A stretch of DNA of 64,000 nucleotides from NCBI GenBank assembly GCA_965208835.1, contig OZ242358.1:4544001-4608000 (forward strand). The letters run 5' to 3'. The stretch is from Candidatus Latescibacterota bacterium (GTDB lineage: Bacteria > Latescibacterota > UBA2968 > GCA-2709665). Shown piece by piece: positions 29,815-39,015 of the stretch. The notes below the pieces were generated by a model. That model was not told the DNA's origin. It saw only the letters and a program-made list of their open reading frames with translations, and did no database searches. The translations under genes were made by a program, and so were the position numbers. Positions within the stretch are counted from its first letter, which is position 1; each line of letters starts with the position of its first letter.

Positions 29815-30138
29815 CAGTCCGTTGAAAAAGTCGCTCTGCAGGCGAGGTATGGCGTCCCGTCCCGGAGATATGTCACCATTCATCCGCCGATTCATCCCGT
29901 CTGGCGGCGTTGCCCTCGCTCGGGGACCTTGCGCAGGTCGCCTCGCTCAGGCGCCTTGCCAGCCGGGCGACTCGGCGGTCGAATTTCGGCAATCTATCTC
30001 CGGAACAGAACACTTGCCATTGTGGTCGAAGACAAGGCGCGCAACCGAGTCCCATCCTGCGATTCGGCGAGGGCGCGCAACGCCGTATTTCGACCGCAAG
30101 GGCCGGCCGCAGCCCGGATGGGCTTTTTCAACGGGCTG
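29815..30138. mobile_element. MITE family B copy containing an inserted family C MITE (29852..30013)
   Basis: Outer TIRs CAGTCCGTTGAAAAA/TTTTTCAACGGGCTG. The outer halves match 9203..9362 and the inner 162 bp match the reverse complement of 23860..24022. Confidence 0.85.
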
Positions 30139-30152
30139 CTAAGGAGAACCCG

Positions 30153-30950
30153 ATGAAGCTATCGCTGTCCGGTCGCCTGATTGAAATGACGAAGCAGTCC
30201 TATGCGATGACGGTGGAAGAATTCCTGGCGCTTACGGTCAGCGCGGGCTATGAGGGCGTGCACCTGAGGGACGGTCAGATCGATCACCTCATCAGGGACG
30301 AACGCTTCGATGAGGTTGAAGCCCTCTATGCCGGGCACGGGCTGGGCTGCAGCATGCTCTGGGGACGGCTGGATTCGGCTTCGTTCGACGCGGACCTGAC
30401 CGGAAAGAAACTGGCGCTTCTTCCGCGTGTCGGACTGGACCAGTTGATGATCGGGTATCCCACGGATATCGAATTGATCCGTGAGTGGTGTGACCTGGCC
30501 GCACGGCAGGAAATCACGCTTGTCATCGCATGTCATTTCAACAGCATGTTCGAGGATATCCTCCGCGCCCGAGATTTCGTCAGGAAGGTGGACCGCCCGA
30601 ACCTCGGGCTGAACGTCGATCCGCTGAATATCCACATGGCCGAGCAGGACTACGGCCTGGCCACCCTGGAACAGGTGCGGGACCTGCTGAGCATCGTCAA
30701 CGTACAGGGCGGCGTACTGCACCAGGGCGAACAGACCATTATCCGGTATTACCTGAAGACCACCCCGACGTTCCGCAGGGTGTACCTGTGCGACGAGGAC
30801 CATCTCGACATCCCGCGATTCATATCGAATCTGAAGACCATCGGATATGATGGTTACGTCAACGTCCTCGAGCCGTATTCAAAGGACGAAGACCCCTCTC
30901 GCGTGGCGACGGAAACGGCCCGGTTGCTGCAGGGATATATCGATGGTTGA
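30153..30950 (+). CDS. Sugar phosphate isomerase/epimerase (xylose isomerase-like TIM barrel)
   Basis: Start MKLSLS after AAGGAG; GYEGVHL, VDRPNLGLNVDPLN, IGYDGYVNVLE. Confidence 0.8.
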   Translation: MKLSLSGRLIEMTKQSYAMTVEEFLALTVSAGYEGVHLRDGQIDHLIRDERFDEVEALYAGHGLGCSMLWGRLDSASFDADLTGKKLALLPRVGLDQLMIGYPTDIELIREWCDLAARQEITLVIACHFNSMFEDILRARDFVRKVDRPNLGLNVDPLNIHMAEQDYGLATLEQVRDLLSIVNVQGGVLHQGEQTIIRYYLKTTPTFRRVYLCDEDHLDIPRFISNLKTIGYDGYVNVLEPYSKDEDPSRVATETARLLQGYIDG

Positions 30951-31032
30951 TGGCAGCCAGATGGCTCCCTCTCCGGGGTCCGCACGTTCCAAAGAATCTC
31001 ATCAATTTTTCTAATAGCAGATTGAAAAAGAC

Positions 31033-31061
31033 TTGACATCGATAATTCTCGTCCATTAATT
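31033..31061 (+). promoter_or_regulatory. Candidate promoter of the outer-membrane uptake cassette
   Basis: Perfect TTGACA in an AT-rich intergenic tract with an imperfect -10 (ATTAAT/TTAATT) 16-17 nt downstream. Confidence 0.4.
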
Positions 31062-31258
31062 GCGATTCGTAGGAATATTACTATCGTGATTTATTCGGAA
31101 TCATTTCCCACCTTATTCATCGAACAACTACGCATAGACGCCGGACGATAACACTGCAAGGAGGTGATGATCCGACAGGATTGATGGTGCGTTTTGCCTG
31201 ATGGCACCGGAATGTCCGGATGTTGCTCGTGACATCTGAATTTTGGAGGAGGTTGAAT

Positions 31259-31975
31259 ATGCGTAACGGTGTGTTGGTATGTATGGCAGCGGCGCTGCTG
31301 CTGCTTTCGGCGGGAACGGTCTACGGGGGCGGTGTGGCCGGAAGTTGGGGGCTCGGGATGTTCCTGGACTACAACCGGTCGATCTTCAAGCTGAAAGACT
31401 GGTATGAAACCGGCCGGGGGCAGGCAGGCGTCGTGTTCACCTACGTGATGAGTCCTAGGACCAGCGTGGAGATGGAGTTTCACCGGTCAATATTCGAGAA
31501 CGGAGCACTGGAAGACACCCCGTTTACCTGGCCCGTAGACGGCAGAGACTATAAGTCACCTGATGCTGCGAGCGAGATGCGTATCAGCAGCTTTCTGGTG
31601 AACGCGGTGGTCAGACGAGGAGGCGGAGGCATCCTTGCAAAGGAGAAGTATTCCACCTACGTGACCGTCGGCGCGGGCTTCTACGACTACAAGACGGACG
31701 TAAGCGGCCTGATCTTTCCGGGGCAACGCGAGGCGCCCCTGGACAAGGATCTGGTGATCGAGCCGTTCAGCGATTCGCGCACGGCACTGGGCGCCAACGT
31801 GGGCCTGGGTGTGGAGGCGTTCGTGTTCGATAACATTTCGCTGGATGTGCGCGCGCGGTACAATCTCCTGCTGGGCGAGTTAAGGCCGATGGAGGCGTGG
31901 GGTCTCGAAGGCCAGACGTTTCCGATGCAGTTCCTGAATGCGCGCGGGGGCATCCGGTTCTACTTCGAGAAATAG
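31259..31975 (+). CDS. Small outer-membrane beta-barrel protein (OmpA/OmpW-like)
   Basis: Signal peptide, YVTVGAGFY, LGANVGLGVEAF, SLDVRARY, terminal GGIRFYF. Confidence 0.8.
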   Translation: MRNGVLVCMAAALLLLSAGTVYGGGVAGSWGLGMFLDYNRSIFKLKDWYETGRGQAGVVFTYVMSPRTSVEMEFHRSIFENGALEDTPFTWPVDGRDYKSPDAASEMRISSFLVNAVVRRGGGGILAKEKYSTYVTVGAGFYDYKTDVSGLIFPGQREAPLDKDLVIEPFSDSRTALGANVGLGVEAFVFDNISLDVRARYNLLLGELRPMEAWGLEGQTFPMQFLNARGGIRFYFEK

Positions 31976-32065
31976 CAACGCAGGCGTGACATTGAAAGAG
32001 GCAGCCCGTTGGATCTCAGTTGGAATGTCTTGCAAGTGAAACAGACGCCGCGAAAAGGAGGAACC

Positions 32066-35000
32066 ATGAGCAGGCTCAGGTTTTTGACGGGCGCTGTGGT
32101 CGTTTTGTGTACCGTGTTCTTTGCCGCCAATGCGGTAATGGCCGCGACAACCGGCAAGATCGTCGGCCGCGTGACGGACGAGCAGGGGGAACCCCTGCCG
32201 GGCGCGAGTGTGGCGATTGAGGAAGCCCGGCTGGGCGGAACGACCGATGCGGACGGATTCTACGTGATCGTCTCCGTAACGCCCGGCCAGTACAAGCTGA
32301 CGGCATCGATGGTGGGGTATCACTCGGTGGTCAAAGAGCAGGTGGGCATACGGGTGGACTTCACCACAACGGTTGACTTTCAGCTTCGTGAAACCGAACT
32401 GGAACTGGAAGAGATGGTGGTCGTCGCCGAGAGACCGCCGGTGGATCCCGATAAGACGGACAGCCGTTACGTCGTGACCGCCGAGGAGATCGAGCGAACC
32501 CCCATTCTGAGAAACGTCACCGAGGTCCTGGAGCTGGAGCCGGGCTATGCCGTTGACGGCAGCGGCGCGATCCGGGGCTGGGTGGCCAGCCACAACGTCG
32601 TCTACGTAGACGGCGTTCCTGTTTCCGGCAGAGACGGGCGCGGCATCGGCGGCGGATGGGGCGACGGCGGCGAGAGACAGTGGTACGGCGTCAACCTCAA
32701 GGCGGTGCAGGAGGTCTCGGTCATCACGGGCGGTATGAACGCCGAGTACGGAAACGCGCAGGCAGGCGTCATCCAGATCGTAACGCGCGACGGCGGCGCG
32801 CAATATCACGGCGAGGCGGAATATCGTCTCACCCCTGCCGGCAAGAAACACTGGGGCGAGAATGTCTACGAGGCGCCGGAACTGCGTGGAAACGCGAAGT
32901 GGAACGATCCGGCGTGGACGTCCGAGGTGGACCCCGAAACGGGTAACCTCGTCCACCCGCGCACGAACTACACGGACTGGCGGGGCCACTACCTGGATGG
33001 GTTTCTCAGCGGTCCCCTGATGGGGAACTCGTCGTTCTTCGCCAGCGCCCGGCACCTGCGTGACGCCGCCGTGCTCCCCGGACCGTGGCGGACCCGGCCG
33101 GCAAACCTGAGGACCACGGCAAAGCTGACGGTCCCGGCGGGGTCGAACATGAAGCTGCGGATCGGATGGATGTACGACTTCTCGGAGAATTTCAACAACG
33201 GACGACTGTCCAGGTATAGCTTCCCGAACGTCATCCGGGGCCCGGGACGCGACCTCTTCATTCCCGATGGATCGATCGCGGGGGCGGAAAAACAGACCGA
33301 CAACATGATCTACGGTGTGATCACCCACACCATCAGCCCCAGGACGTTCTACGAAGTGAGCGTGTCTCGCTATGGAAGCCGGACGGACACCAGTGGCGTG
33401 GGGAATAAAACCACGTCCGTCAGGACCGACAGCGAAGGGTATTTCTACATCGGCCGGGAGGACGTCTGGGCATTCAAGGTCGGCGAGCAGAACCGTTTCA
33501 GCCTGAAGGCCGACCTGTCCAGCCAGATGACGCGGGGCCACTTCGCCAAGACCGGCTTCGAGTTCATGACGTTCGAGAACTGGTGGACGTGGACCGGCAT
33601 GACGCCCGGCGACGCGAAACGGGACATCCGTTACATCGGGCAGCCGGAACCCGGCGAGGCCGTGACGCCCAAACAGTTCGGCGCCTACGTCCAGGACAAG
33701 ATGGAGTTCGAGGGGTTGATCGTCAACGTCGGCCTGCGCTACGACCGCCTGTGGGGTCAGGACGTTCAGTTGCTGCCGTCGTTCACGTCGGGGTGGTACA
33801 ACGCGATGGATACGTTCATCCAGGCGCCCACCGGGCCCATGCGGACCATACAGGGCTGGAGCCCCAGGCTGGGTATCTCACACCCCATCACGGCCAGGTC
33901 CAGCATGCATTTCTACTACGGCCGATACATGATGATCCCCTCCTTCCGGCAGCAGTTCGGGAGCCATTGGGAGACGGCTTCCGGGCCGGACGGGATTCCC
34001 GGCGTCCCGTGGAGTCATTTCAACGCGAAAGACGAAAGCTACGGCGCCAACGTCATCAGTCCGGTCTGGGACCACGGTCACCCCACGACCAGTTTCGAGG
34101 TGGGTACGGACTGGAACTTCGTAAGCGACTACGTCTTCTCTTTGGCGGCGTTCTACAAGAGCGGCCATCTGCAGAGTACCGGCATCTGGCACGACGCCGT
34201 CGATCCTGTCACGGGCAGGACGGGCGCCATCGGGGGCACGTACGGTTCCGAACGCACGGAGGACGTCAAGGGGTTCGAGTTCAGCATGCGGAAGGGCTTC
34301 AGCAACTTCTTCGCGTTCCGCGCCGCAATGAACCTGGAGTGGCTGGAAGCCATCCACTGGCTGGGCGACGCCGAGACGGTTGCCAGCGTCCTGATCTATC
34401 CCGACCGGAGTTTCATCGCCAGCGGAAGGTATCACAAGGAATGGCGCGTCGCGGGTGGCCGCAGGGAACCCGTTCCGCTCACGGCGGAGGAGATCAAGAC
34501 GCTTGGCGACAAGGCGGAAGAGAACCTGCAAAAGGTCCGGGAGAATGTGAATGCCTTCAACGCCCGCGGCTCAGCGCCTCTCCAGCCGGCGTGGGAAGTC
34601 GAGGGCCTGACGGACGAAGCGAGAGAATGGCTTCAGGGCATCTGGTTTCAGAAGTTCTGGTTCAGCACCGGCAATATCTTCACGCGCGGACGCCGCAGCC
34701 AGGGCAGCCTTCAGATGTTCTTCTCCTCCCCGCTCGACTACGGTCCGGGCAAGCAGTACGCGGGCGCCACGCTGTTCGGCGGCATCAACGCCAACCTGAT
34801 CTACCGGATCTACACGGGCAGCAAATTCAATTACATCAAGCTGACCGGAGCCAACACGCCGGCGAGACGGCCCTTGCACACGGAGGCCGACCTGAACCTG
34901 CAGAAGCACTTCCGCTTCGGGAACGTGAACGCCGACGTGTTCGTGGAAGTGTTCAACCTGTTCAACCAGCAGGACGCCAGCGGCGTCACCGGTACGGACT

Positions 35001-35131
35001 ACATGTGGTGGGGGCTCCAGCAGCCCAGGCCCAACGACGCGACGTACCTCAATTACGGGGACGTTTCCGACCGTTCGCGCTATATAGGCAATCCCCGGAT
35101 AACGCACATGGGAATCAGGTTGAGCTTCTGA
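32066..35131 (+). CDS. TonB-dependent receptor with N-terminal carboxypeptidase-regulatory-like domain
   Basis: ATTGKIVGRVTD..GEPLPGASV, plug VQEVSVITGGMNAEYGNAQAGVIQIVT, YVQDKMEF, SPRLGISHPI, VFNLFN, terminal MGIRLSF. Confidence 0.92.
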   Translation: MSRLRFLTGAVVVLCTVFFAANAVMAATTGKIVGRVTDEQGEPLPGASVAIEEARLGGTTDADGFYVIVSVTPGQYKLTASMVGYHSVVKEQVGIRVDFTTTVDFQLRETELELEEMVVVAERPPVDPDKTDSRYVVTAEEIERTPILRNVTEVLELEPGYAVDGSGAIRGWVASHNVVYVDGVPVSGRDGRGIGGGWGDGGERQWYGVNLKAVQEVSVITGGMNAEYGNAQAGVIQIVTRDGGAQYHGEAEYRLTPAGKKHWGENVYEAPELRGNAKWNDPAWTSEVDPETGNLVHPRTNYTDWRGHYLDGFLSGPLMGNSSFFASARHLRDAAVLPGPWRTRPANLRTTAKLTVPAGSNMKLRIGWMYDFSENFNNGRLSRYSFPNVIRGPGRDLFIPDGSIAGAEKQTDNMIYGVITHTISPRTFYEVSVSRYGSRTDTSGVGNKTTSVRTDSEGYFYIGREDVWAFKVGEQNRFSLKADLSSQMTRGHFAKTGFEFMTFENWWTWTGMTPGDAKRDIRYIGQPEPGEAVTPKQFGAYVQDKMEFEGLIVNVGLRYDRLWGQDVQLLPSFTSGWYNAMDTFIQAPTGPMRTIQGWSPRLGISHPITARSSMHFYYGRYMMIPSFRQQFGSHWETASGPDGIPGVPWSHFNAKDESYGANVISPVWDHGHPTTSFEVGTDWNFVSDYVFSLAAFYKSGHLQSTGIWHDAVDPVTGRTGAIGGTYGSERTEDVKGFEFSMRKGFSNFFAFRAAMNLEWLEAIHWLGDAETVASVLIYPDRSFIASGRYHKEWRVAGGRREPVPLTAEEIKTLGDKAEENLQKVRENVNAFNARGSAPLQPAWEVEGLTDEAREWLQGIWFQKFWFSTGNIFTRGRRSQGSLQMFFSSPLDYGPGKQYAGATLFGGINANLIYRIYTGSKFNYIKLTGANTPARRPLHTEADLNLQKHFRFGNVNADVFVEVFNLFNQQDASGVTGTDYMWWGLQQPRPNDATYLNYGDVSDRSRYIGNPRITHMGIRLSF

Positions 35132-35197
35132 CGTGAGTGCGCCCCTCCGGAGAAGGAGGGACCGAACTCATTGGTCATCTTTGAGGAGGTCAAAGAA

Positions 35198-37468
35198 ATG
35201 AAAAGGAATATCGTAAGCGGGATTGCGCTCATGGCTCTGGTGTTCAGCACCTCGGTCCACGCGGAACTCCGGGTCCAGTCCCGTGCGAAGGTATGGGACA
35301 TCTACTGGAACTCGGGCACGCAGGGTGTGCGCGCCGCCACGCCCATGAGCTGGTACCGGCCCGTGGGCATGGCTTATCCGGGAAGGTTCTGGGTGCAGTA
35401 CCCGCAGGAATTCATCGACTACTGGGGCACCCGGACCTGGGGCGTCCGGTCCGAGTGGGTGGTCTACTACAACGAATTGTGCGGCACCATGCCCGGCTGG
35501 AACCAGTTCATCGCGACAAGAGTCGGCGGTGATTACCACGTTTCCGAGTCGAAGGCAACGCTTGAATCGGAGGACGTAGTCCCCATGGCCTACGATCCTT
35601 CGCAGGGGCCGGAGAGCAATATCGGCTACCGGAAGGTATCTCCCCTGGGTCCCGTTATGGCCAACTGGTGGCCGGGGCAGCCCGCGCCGGGTCCCGCTTC
35701 GCCGGTGGAGATCCACAACTACCGGTACAGCGAATATATGGACGCCGACAAGGACAACTTTCCGGAGAGCATCATCGTCAGCAAATGGACCACAAAGAAC
35801 GGCATCACCGTAACGAAAAAGTCGTACGCATGGAGCTATCCGGACTTCGACGACTTCCAGATTATGGAATATACGTTCGAGAACACCGGAGATTCGGACG
35901 GTGACGGCGTGTCGGACCTCGGCGGCGGCGGGCTGCAGTTGAACGATACGTTCCTGATTTTCTCCACCCGCTTTTACGCCTCCCAGTGCGGCCAGGCCCA
36001 CTATGCGGGGGATTCATTCTTCCGGCGTACCATTCCGATCGCGCTGGACGATTGGTACAAATATACCGAAGCGGCCAACTTCGACGGTCCGGGCGATGCG
36101 TTGGGGCTCAAGATGTGGTATGCTTTTGATGCGGACAATCCCGACCTGCCCGGAAACGACATCGGCAAACCCTATAGTGAGGAACGCGCCAACCAGAGCT
36201 GGCACCAGTGCTGTCTCCAGCAGACGAAAATCGAGGGGGAGATGGGGGCCTTCCAGTACATCGGCGCCGCCCCGCTGGCATACACGCCCGGATCGGTCAA
36301 CGATGCCTCGACCTTTACCTTCGACACCGGCGGAGACGCGAGCTTTATCGAGCCACGGGTGGCCGACCAGCCCCACACGGTCAAATGGTGGGACTACAGG
36401 GACCGAACGGATTTTTCGGAACCGGGTTCGGAAAACATGAGCTCCGAGCAGATCTACAGCGAACTGACGAGTCCCGCGCCATTCATAAAGGACAATCCCA
36501 CCACGATAGACGGGCTCGTCGCTTCCTTCGCCTATGGGCCGTACGACATGGCCCCCGGAGACAAGGTGAGAATCGTCTACGCCCTGGTGGCGGCCGCGCC
36601 GGTGGAGGAGAATATCTATGGTTGGGCCAAGCAGAGCCGGCAGGAAGATATGCTGTCGGACAAGCCCATGAACAACCTGCTCAAACACCACAAGGCCGCG
36701 GCCGACGCCTTCAGGTGGAACTACGATCTGCCCGATCCCCCGCCTGACGTCAAGACGGAAACCACCGCGTCGGTCGACGGATTCAACCTGATCAAGTGGA
36801 CCGACGCAGGCGACAATGCGACCGACCCCGACTACACCGGCGCCGAGGCGCAGGACATCGTGGGCTACCGGGTCTACCGCTCGGACTATAAAATCGACGA
36901 CTGGAAGCTGATGGCCGATGTCTCGCTGAAGGACCCGGAGTACTATAGCGGCGGCACCTACCAGGTTGAAGACAGAAGGTCCGTTGCGGGTTTCGAGTAC
37001 ACCTACCGCGTGGCCGCCTACGACTCGGGCCACGACGACTGGAACGGGACCGGGATGGCCATTCCGTCCATGGAAGGTGGCAACAGTGCGCCCGAGCAGT
37101 GGGCGGGCGGCGTTATGACCAGCGTACCCTTCGTGCCGGCCAACGCTTCGGCGGACCAGCTGGCGCGAGACGTGATCGTCGTCCCCAATCCGCACAAGGT
37201 GGACGGGGCCCACAACTATCCGTCAGCGGGGTTGATACGGTTTACGAATATCCCGCAAAAATGCACGATCCGGATCTACACCGTTGCGGGCGAGCTTGCC
37301 GCCTTGATTGAACACGAAGACCCCGCCCGGGGCGAAGCCGGATGGAACCAGATCCCCCACTCGCGCGGCGGTGACGTGCCCGCCGGCGTCTACTACTGGA
37401 TCGTCGAATCCCAGATGCCGGGGAGCGCGGGCCAGACACAGCGCGGAACGTTGATGATCATCAAGTAG
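35198..37468 (+). CDS. Secreted protein with FN3-like domain and T9SS type-A-CTD/FlgD-Ig-like C-terminus
   Basis: Sec signal (VHA|EL, no lipobox); GYRVYRS...YTYRVAAYD; C-terminus VVPNP...IRFTNIP...IRIYTVAGEL...W....GVYYWIVE...GTLMIIK. Confidence 0.8.
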   Translation: MKRNIVSGIALMALVFSTSVHAELRVQSRAKVWDIYWNSGTQGVRAATPMSWYRPVGMAYPGRFWVQYPQEFIDYWGTRTWGVRSEWVVYYNELCGTMPGWNQFIATRVGGDYHVSESKATLESEDVVPMAYDPSQGPESNIGYRKVSPLGPVMANWWPGQPAPGPASPVEIHNYRYSEYMDADKDNFPESIIVSKWTTKNGITVTKKSYAWSYPDFDDFQIMEYTFENTGDSDGDGVSDLGGGGLQLNDTFLIFSTRFYASQCGQAHYAGDSFFRRTIPIALDDWYKYTEAANFDGPGDALGLKMWYAFDADNPDLPGNDIGKPYSEERANQSWHQCCLQQTKIEGEMGAFQYIGAAPLAYTPGSVNDASTFTFDTGGDASFIEPRVADQPHTVKWWDYRDRTDFSEPGSENMSSEQIYSELTSPAPFIKDNPTTIDGLVASFAYGPYDMAPGDKVRIVYALVAAAPVEENIYGWAKQSRQEDMLSDKPMNNLLKHHKAAADAFRWNYDLPDPPPDVKTETTASVDGFNLIKWTDAGDNATDPDYTGAEAQDIVGYRVYRSDYKIDDWKLMADVSLKDPEYYSGGTYQVEDRRSVAGFEYTYRVAAYDSGHDDWNGTGMAIPSMEGGNSAPEQWAGGVMTSVPFVPANASADQLARDVIVVPNPHKVDGAHNYPSAGLIRFTNIPQKCTIRIYTVAGELAALIEHEDPARGEAGWNQIPHSRGGDVPAGVYYWIVESQMPGSAGQTQRGTLMIIK

Positions 37469-37527
37469 GGGCAGATCTCTATTTCTGCTCGGCTCAGGTC
37501 CATACTGAAACTTAAGGAGATGACGCG

Positions 37528-38481
37528 ATGAAACGGACGTTGTGGATCGGACTGACAGCGGCGGTGATCTGCGCCCTGCTCTACCCCCGGGGGGCGGACG
37601 CCCAGGACCAGCGGCGGTTGGCGCGGATGGTCCTCCCTGTTCTGAAGATCGATCATGGAGCACGAATGGCCGGTATGGGCGGTGCGTTCGTGGCCGTATC
37701 GGACAATATCGATGCCATATTTTCGAATCCCGCCGGACTTACGCATATCGAACGCGCCGCGTTTACGCTCGGATACACCCGGTGGCTGATGAACGACCAC
37801 ATCCTTACGGGCGGGATGGCCTACAACACGGCGTACGGGGTTCTGGGTGTTAACGTCGTTACCTTCAGCCCCCACGAGTTCGAAGAGACGACCATTTTCC
37901 AGCCCACCGGGACCGGACGGTACCCGGATATGGGCGATCTCTCGCTGGGCGTGGTCTACGCCAGGAAACTGACGGACAAACTCTCCGTCGGCTCGATGTT
38001 CCGCTGGACCCAACAGACCCTCGATACCGACCGCCTGAACGCGTGGGACGTCGGCGTATCCACGTTTTTCTATACCGGTTTCAGGAGCCTGCGCCTCGGC
38101 ATGACGTTCGAGAACATGGGCAAGGACGTCAAGGTGATTGACGACGTCAGGAAGATGCCGGTTGCCTTCAGCACGGCCGCGGCAATGGAAATTGTCGGCG
38201 CCACGGGCGACCCCACCTATATCACGGTAACCTTCGAAAATTCCTACGCCACGGATTTCGCCGACCCGCAGTACCGGTTCGGCGGCGAACTCTGGCTTCA
38301 GAACAACTTTGCCCTCCGGGCGGGCTATAAGGCGAACTTCGACGAAGAGTCGTGGACGCTCGGAGCGGGTTTGAAATTCTCGATGCCGAACGGGCGGATC
38401 GTGCAGGCCGACGTCGCGTACAGCGATTTCGGCACGTATCTGGATGCCCCGCTGCGGTTCACGCTGAGCGGCGCATTCTAA
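37528..38481 (+). CDS. PorV/PorQ-family outer-membrane barrel
   Basis: LKIDHGARMAGMGGAFVAVSDNIDAIFSNPAGL signature, ALRAGY, terminal F. Confidence 0.85.
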   Translation: MKRTLWIGLTAAVICALLYPRGADAQDQRRLARMVLPVLKIDHGARMAGMGGAFVAVSDNIDAIFSNPAGLTHIERAAFTLGYTRWLMNDHILTGGMAYNTAYGVLGVNVVTFSPHEFEETTIFQPTGTGRYPDMGDLSLGVVYARKLTDKLSVGSMFRWTQQTLDTDRLNAWDVGVSTFFYTGFRSLRLGMTFENMGKDVKVIDDVRKMPVAFSTAAAMEIVGATGDPTYITVTFENSYATDFADPQYRFGGELWLQNNFALRAGYKANFDEESWTLGAGLKFSMPNGRIVQADVAYSDFGTYLDAPLRFTLSGAF

Positions 38482-38501
38482 GCTTTCAGGAAGCATCTTG
38501 T

Positions 38502-38542
38502 AAAAGAGAAATGGCGGTCCTCAGGGATTGCCATTTCTTTTT
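38502..38542 (+). terminator. Rho-independent terminator closing the OMP-TBDR-CTD-PorV cassette
   Basis: AGAAATGGCGGTCC-TCAG-GGATTGCCATTTCT hairpin plus T-run, about 20 nt after the stop. Confidence 0.75.
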
Positions 38543-38666
38543 ATCCTCATTTGCTCAAAATGCCGAACTTACATGGATGGGCAGGATAGGCAGGATCAAA
38601 AACGATCAGGACTGTCGCGGGGAGCATCCGATAGTTTGCCCTTTTTTCACAACATTGACCGGGCAT

Positions 38667-38747
38667 CCTGAGCCGCTCCCTGAGCTTGTCGAAGGGTCGG
38701 CGAAGGAAAAAGGGAGCCGAAACGCGGGCGCTTCGACAAGCTCAGCG
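38667..38747. repeat. REP-like CTTCGACAAGCTCAG element, copy 2
   Basis: CTGAGCCGCTCCCTGAGCTTGTCGAAGGGTCGGCGAAGG ... CTTCGACAAGCTCAG. Confidence 0.8.
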
Positions 38748-39015
38748 TCCCCGTTTGGGCAAGTTTCTCTCTAACGTAGCAGGCATAATAGATGTCAACC
38801 ATTTACTGCTCCCGGCAATAAGCAGGATTGATAAAGATTAAACAGGATAAGAAACCAAGAGCAGGATCCCAGGGTTACGACACACGCCTTTCCGCATCGA
38901 TACCTTCTACGTCTTTTGTGCTTTTTGTGGCCGATACGACGGTTTTCTTTTCTCGAATTATGTTTAATGTTCAGTCATCGGATTCTGCCGCCGGCGCGGC
39001 GGTGAGGGGCGAAGT

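Noticed and set aside
29910-30152. N-terminal extensions of ORFs 29910..30950, 23979..24992 and 5628..9323
   Set aside because: The extensions lie inside MITEs; downstream starts fit the domain boundaries better.
31158-31172. Match to the complement of the 16S rRNA 3' end
   Set aside because: Only about 11 nt match and the flanks show no rRNA similarity; not an rRNA fragment.
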